A stretch of DNA of 64,000 bases from Nitrospirota bacterium (GCA_963751455.1 CAVVUN010000012.1:642458-706457); one strand, 5' to 3'. Counted from the first letter of the stretch, positions 52,771 through 61,967 are shown. The notes: generated from the sequence alone by a model not told the origin. Numbers and translations: made by a program.

Positions 52771-54192
52771 ATGAAAAAAAGAGACGTAATCTTATTTTTA
52801 ATTATCTTACTTGCCCTTGCAGGCTTGCTGTTTGGTTATGCCAATCGCGCGTCAGCGTACTCAACATACTTTACAGATCTGTGCACCGGCTGCCACGGCA
52901 GCGGCTCCGTTTCCACGTGCAACGGCTGCCACTCGCACGGCACACATTCCGATAATTCGAAAAGCAGTCTGAATATCACGGCCACGACCGACAAAACCAC
53001 CTACCAGCCCGGAGAGGCGATAAGCGTCACGATCTCGGGCGGATACAGGAGCGGGTGGGCCAGGGCAGTACTGTATGACCAGAACATGATCGAGCTTGAC
53101 CGGAGCACGGGAACGGTTATTTCCGGCGCAATAGCTCCGAGCGGGGCAGCCGCGTTTCCGGTTACCTTGAGCGGTCAGGCTCCGGCAACGCCCGGCACTT
53201 ATACCTTTAATGCGTCATGGTACGGAAACAAGTATGATGCCACTGGCGCTTTTTTCGGTTCAAACTGGAAACCGGACAGCGGCAATGCCAACCACGGTGA
53301 AGAAATCGTAGCAACAAATTCCTTTACCGTTTCAAGCTCCACACCCTCACCTGCTGCAGCCATCAGCGTCACGGATTCCGTTTCACCTGCCACTGACCTG
53401 CAGATCCCCTTCGGCACTATATCCGTCGATTCTTCGGCAACGCAGACGGTTACGGTCAGCAATACGGGCACCGCGAATCTGACACTCGGCACAGTAGGGT
53501 CGGCTGATCCGCTGGCCGCCCCCTTCTCTGTAAAGAGCGATACGTGCTCAAGCCAGTCAATCGCTCCGGCAGCCTCGTGCACTATCTCCATCGGCTTTGC
53601 CCCAACCGAAGCCGGTACCTTTTCGGACAGCTTCAGCATCCCGAGCAATGATTCCGCCCGCCAGACTGTCACAATACAGGTGGGCGGTTCGTCGATCTCT
53701 GTCGCCGTTAACAACCCTCCAGGCAAGCCCGTGCTGACGTACCCGGCGGATCAGCAGCAAGGTCTCGACACATCGATTGTTATGAAATGGCAACCGGTCT
53801 CGGATCCGGACGGGGACACGGTCACTTATCAGGTGGTTGCATCAACGAACCAGAGTTTCAGCTCGACGATCGTTGCCCGCATTAATCCAGCTGCAAGCGT
53901 GAAGGCCTTGCTGCTGGCTGGACCGGGTCTCGGGTTCATCTTCTTAGGCTTTGCTTTTATCAGAAACACCGGCATAAGGAAGGGACTGTTTGTCATTACC
54001 GCGGTTTCCGTGCTGGCCGGCGGCATGCTCGCTGCCTGCAGCTCGAGTAAAGGAGACGTGACCGCCGCAACGGAAGTCACCAGGCAATTGAGCGGTTTGC
54101 AATCAGGGACCACGTATTACTGGAAGGTCACTGCAAGTGACGGGAAGGGCGGCACCACTGAAAGCGATGTGAGCAGCTTCAGCACCAAGTAA
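52771..54192 (+). CDS. Exported diheme cytochrome with Ig-like domains and a C-terminal FN3 split by a membrane hairpin
   Basis: Signal peptide; CTGCH and CNGCH; choice-of-anchor-D/ASH-like TVTVSNTGTANL...FAPT; FN3 halves NNPPGKP..SDPDGDTVTY and LQSGTTYYWKVTASDG around two hydrophobic helices ending LAAC. Confidence 0.8.
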   Translation: MKKRDVILFLIILLALAGLLFGYANRASAYSTYFTDLCTGCHGSGSVSTCNGCHSHGTHSDNSKSSLNITATTDKTTYQPGEAISVTISGGYRSGWARAVLYDQNMIELDRSTGTVISGAIAPSGAAAFPVTLSGQAPATPGTYTFNASWYGNKYDATGAFFGSNWKPDSGNANHGEEIVATNSFTVSSSTPSPAAAISVTDSVSPATDLQIPFGTISVDSSATQTVTVSNTGTANLTLGTVGSADPLAAPFSVKSDTCSSQSIAPAASCTISIGFAPTEAGTFSDSFSIPSNDSARQTVTIQVGGSSISVAVNNPPGKPVLTYPADQQQGLDTSIVMKWQPVSDPDGDTVTYQVVASTNQSFSSTIVARINPAASVKALLLAGPGLGFIFLGFAFIRNTGIRKGLFVITAVSVLAGGMLAACSSSKGDVTAATEVTRQLSGLQSGTTYYWKVTASDGKGGTTESDVSSFSTK

Positions 54193-54216
54193 CGGCCCCT
54201 AAAAAGCACCGAATAA

Positions 54217-54258
54217 CAAAAAAGCCCTTCTCCTTATCTGAAGGGCTTTTCTTTTTCT
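54217..54258. terminator. Bidirectional Rho-independent terminator
   Basis: aaaaaagcccttc-tccttatct-gaagggcttttctttt between convergent genes. Confidence 0.8.
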
Positions 54259-54259
54259 G

Positions 54260-54811
54260 TTACCACCACCATCCCGGCGGCGGAGGCCATGGACCCGGAT
54301 ACGACCAGTACGGGTATGAATATGGATAATAATAGGGATAGGGGTAATAATAGTATTGCTCTTCCGGGAAGAGGTGCACCTGACTCACCTCGAACAGCGG
54401 GTAAATGTACTCCATGTCGTCTATCTTGCCCTTTCTTATATCAATAAATTGTCCGGCAAGACTGACTTCTCTTCCTTTCTTATAAATGACCGGGTCAAGA
54501 AGTCCCTTCGACTTCGGAAATACGGCCAGGAACCGCCCTCTTGACCCGTCTCCTTCCTCGAGGTAGCCGCGTGAATCAACCGGAACGGAAAGTATCTCCA
54601 TCTGCGATCCGGCCTCTGTGAAACGGGTCTCCACAATCAATCCCCCGAGGACGTACATTTTGCCTTTGTATGCGTCCGGGTTGGCCCTTAACTGATCAAA
54701 CGAAAGAATGCGCTCGCCTTGGGTAAGATATTCCCGGTTCAAGGCAGGAGCGCATGAAAAAAGGAGGGTGACAAGCATGCCTGACAATATCGGGAGGACC
54801 AGTTTTTTCAT
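54260..54811 (-). CDS. Slp-family outer-membrane lipoprotein
   Basis: LFSC lipobox; LGGLIVET; GRFLA..LDPVIYKKGR; YIYP; Tyr/Pro-rich tail. Confidence 0.85.
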   Translation of the reverse strand: MKKLVLPILSGMLVTLLFSCAPALNREYLTQGERILSFDQLRANPDAYKGKMYVLGGLIVETRFTEAGSQMEILSVPVDSRGYLEEGDGSRGRFLAVFPKSKGLLDPVIYKKGREVSLAGQFIDIRKGKIDDMEYIYPLFEVSQVHLFPEEQYYYYPYPYYYPYSYPYWSYPGPWPPPPGWWW

Positions 54812-54859
54812 ATTTTTATTTTTACACGGGTGTATTGCAAAGTCAAGGGACTGTGTCGC

Positions 54860-55207
54860 CTATCCCGGCGATTGACCCGCCTTCAGCAGGCTGACCATGG
54901 GCTCTTCAGGATGGGGAAGACCCGCTATTTTCCAGGACAGAAGAGGATTCATGAATTTCTCTTCAACACATCCGTTCGGTTCGTTTATATGTCTGCAAAT
55001 AGCATTAACAATGGGGAAAAAATCGTATGTCTTGTAATAGAACCGGATGAATTTGAGCATATTGATCATGTCCGGCATCAACTCCGTGACGCCTTCGCGC
55101 GCTGCAAGAAGGCGGGCGACATCCTCGTCCCAGTCTTCAAAATGGACAAGGCAGCCATCTTCATCCATCTCCACTTCTTTTCCTTCCTGCCTGAATACCA
55201 TGGTCAT
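54860..55207 (-). CDS. TusE/DsrC/DsvC-family protein lacking the C-terminal cysteines
   Basis: EMDEDGCLVHFEDWDEDVA; FIRFYY; KIAGLPHP, then no terminal Cys. Confidence 0.8.
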   Translation of the reverse strand: MTMVFRQEGKEVEMDEDGCLVHFEDWDEDVARLLAAREGVTELMPDMINMLKFIRFYYKTYDFFPIVNAICRHINEPNGCVEEKFMNPLLSWKIAGLPHPEEPMVSLLKAGQSPG

Positions 55208-55376
55208 TCACCTCATATCCTTATTAATTTTAGGCCCGATAGTGTTGCTTTGTCAAGGGATCCCGAAACACGGCGCACGGTTTTTTTAAGCGCCTTTGGC
55301 ATGCAAGAAACCCCTTTTATTTGCATGATGTATTTCTAAATGCTATACTGGCATAATAACGACCGGGAGGCGCTTC

Positions 55377-55640
55377 ATGGCGGTTTCTACCCCAAAAATC
55401 AAACTCTACACACTCAGCACCTGCTCGCACTGCACCCGGACCAAGCGATTTTTCAAGGAAAGCGGCATCGACGCCGAATTCGTGGATGTGGATCTTCTGA
55501 CAGGGCCGGAGCGAACAAGAATACTGGATGAAGTGCGTAAACTGAACCCCGATTGCAGTTTCCCGACGATTTGCATCAACGATATCATCATTATAGGTTT
55601 TCACGAGGAGAAATTGCGGAAAGCGCTGGGACTATCATGA
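55377..55640 (+). CDS. Glutaredoxin (NrdH-like)
   Basis: YTLSTCSHC; SFPTI; IIGF. Confidence 0.88.
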   Translation: MAVSTPKIKLYTLSTCSHCTRTKRFFKESGIDAEFVDVDLLTGPERTRILDEVRKLNPDCSFPTICINDIIIIGFHEEKLRKALGLS

Positions 55641-55969
55641 TGACCGAAAAACTGTATGAAGTCCTGTTCAAATACGCCGAATCGCAGGGCATCCGGCTGA
55701 ACAGGGACAAATCTTTTGTAATGGACATTCTTGCCGGTCTGCTCGCGAACGAGGCCAGGTATGGATATCGCTCCTGTCCCTGCCGGTTGGCATGGGGCGA
55801 GAAGGAAAAGGATACAGACATCATCTGTCCCTGCCGGTACCGGGACCCGGACATAAAAGAATATGGAAGCTGTTACTGCGGGCTGTACGTTTCCACTGCA
55901 TGGAATAGCGGAGAAATCGAACACCTGCAGGTACCCGAACGGAGGCCCAAGGAAAAGCGTTTAATGTAG
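55637..55969 (+). CDS. Ferredoxin-thioredoxin reductase catalytic-subunit-like protein
   Basis: YGYRSCPCR; IICPC; GSCYCGLY; VPERRP; ATGA overlap with the glutaredoxin gene. Confidence 0.9.
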   Translation: MMTEKLYEVLFKYAESQGIRLNRDKSFVMDILAGLLANEARYGYRSCPCRLAWGEKEKDTDIICPCRYRDPDIKEYGSCYCGLYVSTAWNSGEIEHLQVPERRPKEKRLM

Positions 55970-56180
55970 CTTCTTCAGACAGAACTTTATCTTCTCCCTA
56001 AATTTTCCTTATCGCGTCATTGCCCTGCGCTTCCCCTCCGGTTAATCGAAAAACAAAAACCAAACCAAAAATAGTTGGTATTTCAACAAATTTAATTTGA
56101 CATTTTTTGCATCAATATGCTAAAGTATTACTGTTTTGTTCCGTATTTGTAAATTCAATGATGTTTGAGTGGAGGCACCT

Positions 56181-57119
56181 ATGGCCCATACGCTCTACTG
56201 GCTGCAGGCCGGCGCATGCAGCGGCGACAGCATGTCGCTTCTCAGCGCTGAGTCCCCGGACCTGGTCGAGGCACTCGGTTTCTTCAATATAGAGGTCCTC
56301 TGGCATCCCTCCCTTGCGAACATCAGCGCCGCCGAACATGAGGCGCTTCTCACCGCATTACAAAGCGGAAAAAAGCCGCTCGACATCCTTTGCATCGAAG
56401 GCTCAATCATTACCGGACCCGGCGACACAGGCCTGTTCGATATGTTCAAAGGCCGGCCCAAAAAAGACCTTGTACTGTCGCTTGCGGCCCAGGCAAAGCT
56501 GGTCGTGGCCGTGGGTACCTGCGCAAGCTTTGGGGGCATCCCTGCAATCGCGGAATCGGCTGGGACCGGACTTCAGTTTCACCGCCGGACCAAGGGCGGA
56601 CTGCTGGGTGAAGCTTTCACCGCGAAAAGCGGGCTTCCCGTCATCAATCTCCCGGGCTGCCCTTGTCAGAGCGACGTGCTGCTAAGCACGCTGGCGGCCT
56701 CTATATCAGGAGTCAAGCTTTCACTGAATGAGTTCAATTCACCTCTCGAATGGTACGGTGTGCTCGTTCACCAGGGCTGCACCAGGAACGAGTATCACGA
56801 GTATCGGGTCGAGGAGCAGGATTTCGGCGAAAAAGGCTGCCTGTTCTTCCACATGGGATGCCATGGACCGCTTGTGTACGGACCCTGCAACAAGATCCTC
56901 TGGAACAAGCGAAACACCAAAACCCGCATCGGTGTACCGTGCTTCGGCTGCACCAGTCCTGACTTCCCCACTCCCGATGAATTCTTTTTCACGAAGAACA
57001 TCGTGGGTGTGCCTCTGACCTTGCCTGAAGGGGTCGACCGCGCCCACTACCTGGCGTACAAAGACATGGCGGCGTCGGCAGCGCCCACGAGGCTTACAGA
57101 GCGGAAAACGAAGGTCTAA
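56181..57119 (+). CDS. [NiFe] hydrogenase small subunit, cytoplasmic (group 2-like)
   Basis: WLQAGACSGD; EGS; GTCASFGG; NLPGCP; VHQGCTRNE; GCLFFHMGCHGP; CNKILWN; PCFGC; no Tat signal or TM anchor. Confidence 0.92.
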   Translation: MAHTLYWLQAGACSGDSMSLLSAESPDLVEALGFFNIEVLWHPSLANISAAEHEALLTALQSGKKPLDILCIEGSIITGPGDTGLFDMFKGRPKKDLVLSLAAQAKLVVAVGTCASFGGIPAIAESAGTGLQFHRRTKGGLLGEAFTAKSGLPVINLPGCPCQSDVLLSTLAASISGVKLSLNEFNSPLEWYGVLVHQGCTRNEYHEYRVEEQDFGEKGCLFFHMGCHGPLVYGPCNKILWNKRNTKTRIGVPCFGCTSPDFPTPDEFFFTKNIVGVPLTLPEGVDRAHYLAYKDMAASAAPTRLTERKTKV

Positions 57120-57258
57120 GTCGAAAGCATCTCATAATCGCGAACTCCAAAGCCGAAACACATAAGTAATGATCTGAACGGCATCGCGACTTTGAAATTT
57201 ATTAATTATAAGTTCGTGTACGTTTGCGGGACCCACTATCCGGCCCGGGAGGCATTTG

Positions 57259-58803
57259 ATGTCGAATAAAGTAAAAATAGAGATTCCCCTGAACAGGGTC
57301 GAAGGCGATCTGGAAATCAGGGTCGAGATCGAGGATGGAATTGTGACCGATGCCTGGAGTTCCGGCATTATGTTCCGCGGCTTTGAAGGACTCCTGAAGG
57401 GACGCGGTGCGCGGGACGGCCTCGTAATCACACCCCGCGTCTGCGGCATCTGCACAACCGGCCACCTGACGGCCGCCGCGAGAGCGCTTGATGCGGCATC
57501 CGGCGCGACAGTCCCGCCGGATGCAACCCGGATCAGGAACCTTGCCCTTATGACAGAACATATACAAAGCGACGTTCGCCACGGTGTTCTGATGTTTGCC
57601 GTGGATTTCGTGAACGCGGCCTACCAGTCTCATCCGCTTTTCGAAGAAGCCGTAAAGCGGTATCAGCCGTTCAAGGGCGACGTCGTCGTGGACGTGATCA
57701 AGAAAACGAAAAAGGTGCTGGAGATCGTGGCCATCCTCGGCGGCCAGTGGCCCCACTCCTCGTTCATGGTGCCTGGCGGCATTGCATCGATTCCCAGCAG
57801 CAACGACATTTTTCAGTGCAGTTACCTGCTCGAAATTTATACAAAATGGTATGAGGAGATCATTCTCGGCTGCACGCTCGAGCGATGGAGCGAGGTGAGA
57901 AACCTCGCTGACCTTGATGCCTGGCTGGAAGAACGCTATACACACCGGAACAGTCACGTCGGATTCTACATCCGTTTTGCGAGAAAAATCGGACTCGAAA
58001 ACATAGGCAAGGGGTACGGTAATTTTTTGAGCTTCGGCTCTCTGGAAATACCCGGAGGTTCCGCGGTAAAGGGCAGGAAGAACCAAAGCATGCTCATCCC
58101 GTCCGGGTTCATGAAGGCCGGGCAGTCGGCAGCGTTTGACCAGGCCAGGATCGCGGAACATGTTGCTCATTCCTGGTATGAAGATTATGAAGGCGGCAAG
58201 CATCCGTTCGAGGGAGAAACACAACCGTTGTCCACGCTCGAAAGCGACCGGAAATACTCCTGGGCAAAAGCCCCCCGTTACGACGGATCTCCTGCCGAGA
58301 CCGGGCCGCTGGCAGAATTGGCAATCGCCGGTCATCCCCTCATCAATGATCTTCTCGCAAAGCTCGGGCCTAATGTGTTTGTACGCGAGCTAGCGCGTCT
58401 CATACGGCCGGCCGAACTGATTCCCGCAATGGAAACATGGCTATCGGAAGTAAAGGAAGGTGCGCTCTTCTATAAACCCTGCGGAGAGATAGTCGACGGC
58501 GAGGGTTTCGGCCTGACCCACGCTTCCCGCGGGGCGCTCGGCCACTGGGTTAAAATCCGGAACAGAAAGATCGATCGCTATCAGATCATAACCCCTACCG
58601 CCTGGAACGGCTCTCCGCGTGACTCGCAGGGACTGCGCGGCCCATGGGAAGAGGCCCTCATCGGTACCCCCGTCAAGGATCCCGCCAACCCGATCGAGTT
58701 GGGACATGTCATCAGGTCGTATGACGCGTGCCTTGTCTGTACAGTGCATGCGGTACACCGCGGAAACAATCAGACGCGCAGAATGCCCGGAGCATCGATG
58801 TGA
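57259..58803 (+). CDS. [NiFe] hydrogenase large subunit (group 2b/2c-like), with C-terminal extension
   Basis: NRVEGD; FRGFE; L1 PRVCGIC; GGQWPHS; YSWAKAPRY; RGALGHW; YQIITPTAWN; L2 DACLVCTVH followed by 17 residues. Confidence 0.95.
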   Translation: MSNKVKIEIPLNRVEGDLEIRVEIEDGIVTDAWSSGIMFRGFEGLLKGRGARDGLVITPRVCGICTTGHLTAAARALDAASGATVPPDATRIRNLALMTEHIQSDVRHGVLMFAVDFVNAAYQSHPLFEEAVKRYQPFKGDVVVDVIKKTKKVLEIVAILGGQWPHSSFMVPGGIASIPSSNDIFQCSYLLEIYTKWYEEIILGCTLERWSEVRNLADLDAWLEERYTHRNSHVGFYIRFARKIGLENIGKGYGNFLSFGSLEIPGGSAVKGRKNQSMLIPSGFMKAGQSAAFDQARIAEHVAHSWYEDYEGGKHPFEGETQPLSTLESDRKYSWAKAPRYDGSPAETGPLAELAIAGHPLINDLLAKLGPNVFVRELARLIRPAELIPAMETWLSEVKEGALFYKPCGEIVDGEGFGLTHASRGALGHWVKIRNRKIDRYQIITPTAWNGSPRDSQGLRGPWEEALIGTPVKDPANPIELGHVIRSYDACLVCTVHAVHRGNNQTRRMPGASM

Positions 58804-59267
58804 AACGCATAATCTGCATCGGAAACCGGTATCTCAGTGAGGATGCTGCAGGCCCCCGCGTTTTCGATTATCTTGCGGGCCTGGCCATGCCGGGCGATGT
58901 GGAGCTCATCGACGGCGGCATCGCCGGCTTGAATCTCCTCGGCCTTGTAGATGGGGCCGAACGGGTCGTGTTTGTGGATGCCGTATCCGGCATCGCGGAC
59001 CGGGGCGTCGTCGTCCTGCCCGCTGCTGAAGTTCCCGCGCCATCAACCATATTTGATCACGCAGCAGGAGTTCAATATCTTATCAGCATAATTCCCCATG
59101 TCTGTGAATCCGCCCCGGACGATCTCTACCTCGTCGGGATCGAGGGCGAGGCCGATCGAGCCATGATCGCTGAGGCGGCGCAAACGAGTATGCGCCTTGC
59201 CGCACATGGATTTCAATCCGCGGGAAATGATCTGTTCACCGGAGGTAGCGATGAGCGCGTCCACTGA
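58800..59267 (+). CDS. Hydrogenase maturation endopeptidase
   Basis: GTG start overlapping the large-subunit stop; CIGNRYLSEDAAG; LIDGG; VFVDAV; FDH; LVGIEG. Confidence 0.9.
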   Translation: MKRIICIGNRYLSEDAAGPRVFDYLAGLAMPGDVELIDGGIAGLNLLGLVDGAERVVFVDAVSGIADRGVVVLPAAEVPAPSTIFDHAAGVQYLISIIPHVCESAPDDLYLVGIEGEADRAMIAEAAQTSMRLAAHGFQSAGNDLFTGGSDERVH

Positions 59268-60300
59268 CCAACGGAGCCTGGAAGACCTGCAAAAAGAGAA
59301 CGCCCTGCTTCTCGCCGAAATCAAGACGGCACGCAAAGCATCTGAGGTCAAGAACGGCGTTGTAATCGAGCAGTTTAAAAAAATCGATGCCATGCTGAAG
59401 CGGCTGGAAGAAGAAGCGGCGAAGGAACAGAAGCTCCGGCAGCAGCTCAAGAAGGAGCTTCGCATATCCGAAGAGCGCAAGCGCGAACTTGATGCGGCTC
59501 GTGCTGTTGCCGAGCAGTCTCTGGAATCGCTGAAACAGGCGCAGAAGAGTCTCGTTGAATCAGAAAAGATGGCGGCCTTGGGCGGCCTGGTCGCGGGTGT
59601 GGCCCATGAAATCAATACACCGGTCGGGGTCGGTATAACGGCGGCGACACACCTGCAGGAAAAACTGAAGGAACTGGTCGCCGAATACAAGGCCGGGACC
59701 ATGAAGCGCTCCACGCTGGACAAATACCTCGAGACCACCGAAGAGACGCTCGAAATCACCATGACAAACCTGATGCGAGCCGCCGAACTTATCGCGAGTT
59801 TCAAACAAGTGGCCGTTGACCAGTCGAGCGAGGACCGCCGCAGGTTCAACTTCAAGGGCTACCTGAACGATGTGCTTCTCAGCCTTAAGCACGAGTACAA
59901 AAAAACAAAGCACCGGGTCGAGGTCTCCGGGCCCGACGACGTGGAAGTCGACAGTTTTCCGGGCGCCTTTTCACAGATCGTAACCAATCTGCTGATGAAT
60001 TCGCTCATTCATGCTTATGAAAAAGACGATGAGGGACAGATTCTGTTCGAGGTGAGGCACGACAACGGAATGATAAAACTGGTGTATTCCGATAACGGCA
60101 AGGGCATACCTGCCGAAAACCTTCCCCGCATTTTCGATCCCTTTTTCACGACAAAGCGCGGCAAGGGTGGAAGCGGACTCGGCATGCATATTGTGTACAA
60201 CCTGGTGAAAAGCAAGCTTAACGGCACGATAACCTGTTCCAGTACGGTAGGGCAGGGAACAACGTTCATGATTGCCTTTCCAGCTGGTTTAGGAGGTTAG
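59251..60300 (+). CDS. Cytoplasmic histidine kinase with only a coiled-coil N-terminus
   Basis: EKMAALGGLVAGVAHEINTP; TNLLMNSLIHAY; DNGKG; FFTTKRGKGGSGLG; no TM or PAS. Confidence 0.93.
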   Translation: MSASTDQRSLEDLQKENALLLAEIKTARKASEVKNGVVIEQFKKIDAMLKRLEEEAAKEQKLRQQLKKELRISEERKRELDAARAVAEQSLESLKQAQKSLVESEKMAALGGLVAGVAHEINTPVGVGITAATHLQEKLKELVAEYKAGTMKRSTLDKYLETTEETLEITMTNLMRAAELIASFKQVAVDQSSEDRRRFNFKGYLNDVLLSLKHEYKKTKHRVEVSGPDDVEVDSFPGAFSQIVTNLLMNSLIHAYEKDDEGQILFEVRHDNGMIKLVYSDNGKGIPAENLPRIFDPFFTTKRGKGGSGLGMHIVYNLVKSKLNGTITCSSTVGQGTTFMIAFPAGLGG

Positions 60301-60302
60301 GG

Positions 60303-61967
60303 ATGGAAGGTTCTGACGAATTGTTATTCACGGAAGAGGCCGAAGCGCAGCCAGCATCAGCGGAAGCGACCGGGTCGACACCTGTGGCGGGAGGGTGGAA
60401 AGTACTTCTGGTCGACGATGAAAAGGAAGTTCATTCCATCACGAAGATAGCCTTGAGCGACTTTGTGTTTGAGAGAAAGAAAATAGAATTTATCAACGCG
60501 TATTCAGCGGCTGAGGCGAAGGTGCTGATAGCGCAGCATCCGGACACCGCGCTTATTCTTCTGGACGTGGTCATGGAAGCGGATGACGCAGGGCTCCAGG
60601 TTGTGAAGCATGTCCGCGAGGCGCTCAAGAACACCATGGTGAGGATAATCCTCCGGACCGGGCAGCCGGGACAGGCGCCCGAGCGGAAGGTCATTGTGGA
60701 TTTCGATATCAATGACTACAAGACCAAGACGGAGCTCACCGCACAAAAATTATTCACCACCGTAGTTGCCGCCCTTCGGGCGTACCGTGACATCAAGATC
60801 ATCGACAGTAATAAAAAGGGGCTTGAAAAGATCATCGAAGCCTCGTCGTCGATCTTTGAACTGAAATCCCTCGAAAACTTTATTGTGGGCGCGCTTACGC
60901 AGATTACATCTCTCCTGTACCTGGAAGAGCATTCAGCCTTTGTCATGAGCTTCGCAGCCTGCGAAAAGGACGGCGAACTGTACATCCTTGCCGGAACCGG
61001 CGCATATGCCGCCTTCAACATGAAGCGGGTGAAAGAGGTTGTGCCTCCCGACATCCAGGAGTGCCTGGAGAGGGCCGTAGCTCAGGGAGAGACTCAGTAT
61101 CTGGAAGGCCGCTGCGTCATTTACTTTAAGACGAAAAACGGCAGGCACAATATGATCTTCATGCATGGCATGAAGCAACTGACCGCCTGGGACAAAAACC
61201 TGCTCGATATTTTCTGCGGAAATATTGCGGTGGCCATGGATAACATTTATTTAATAGATCGCATCGTACAGAAGGAGCTCGAGGCCGAACGCAACCGGAT
61301 GGAAACGGAAAAAGCATGCGAGGCGCTTTCCCGCTACGTGAGCCCGCAGATAGCCGGAGAAATTCTGCTGAAAGGGACGACCTTCGGGGGTGAGCGGACA
61401 GTGGCAACCATATTATTCTTCGACATCCGTAATTTTACCGCCTACAGCGACGACATGCGGGCCGAACAGGTCGTCGGATTCTTAAACGGTCTTTTCAATG
61501 AAGTCGTGGATATCATTTTCGAATATACCGGCACCCTGGACAAATTCCTCGGAGACGGGCTCATGGCCGTGTTCGGCGTACCGCTCAGCACGGGAGCCGA
61601 CGAGATAAACGCGGTTACCGCAGCGCTCAAAATCAGGGAAGCCGTGAATGAGATGAACCGGTTCAGGGTCATAGAGAATCAGCAGCCCATCAAGTTCGGC
61701 ATTGGAATCCATACGGGAGAGGTGGTGGCTGGAAACGTCGGCTCGAAAAAACGGGTAGACTATACGGTAATCGGTAGATCCGTAAATCTCGCTTCGCGGG
61801 TCGAAGCGCTGACCAAGCACTTCAATACGGATATACTGATAACACAGGAAACATTTGAGAAAGTGAAGAATACGGTCAATTGCACACCGCTGGAAGCTGT
61901 TTCCGTTAAGGGTATCCAGAAGCCGGTCGCGACCTACTCCATCAGGGGGCTGAGACCGGACCTGTAA
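60303..61967 (+). CDS. Response regulator with REC, DUF3369-like and class III adenylyl cyclase domains
   Basis: LLVDDE; LLDVVME; RIILRTGQPGQAPE; DINDYKTK; LFFDIRNFT; DKFLGDG; GIGIHTG; DYTVIG.SVNLASR; VKG. Confidence 0.92.
   Translation: MEGSDELLFTEEAEAQPASAEATGSTPVAGGWKVLLVDDEKEVHSITKIALSDFVFERKKIEFINAYSAAEAKVLIAQHPDTALILLDVVMEADDAGLQVVKHVREALKNTMVRIILRTGQPGQAPERKVIVDFDINDYKTKTELTAQKLFTTVVAALRAYRDIKIIDSNKKGLEKIIEASSSIFELKSLENFIVGALTQITSLLYLEEHSAFVMSFAACEKDGELYILAGTGAYAAFNMKRVKEVVPPDIQECLERAVAQGETQYLEGRCVIYFKTKNGRHNMIFMHGMKQLTAWDKNLLDIFCGNIAVAMDNIYLIDRIVQKELEAERNRMETEKACEALSRYVSPQIAGEILLKGTTFGGERTVATILFFDIRNFTAYSDDMRAEQVVGFLNGLFNEVVDIIFEYTGTLDKFLGDGLMAVFGVPLSTGADEINAVTAALKIREAVNEMNRFRVIENQQPIKFGIGIHTGEVVAGNVGSKKRVDYTVIGRSVNLASRVEALTKHFNTDILITQETFEKVKNTVNCTPLEAVSVKGIQKPVATYSIRGLRPDL

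Noticed and set aside
54260-54360. Tyr/Pro/Trp low-complexity tail as a novel repeat
   Set aside because: A common feature of Slp-family lipoprotein C-termini
57202-58335. 377-aa minus-strand ORF
   Set aside because: Antisense to the hydrogenase large subunit
58720-58803. NiFeSe (selenocysteine) hydrogenase
   Set aside because: The L2 motif is DACLVCTVH with Cys codons; no in-frame TGA
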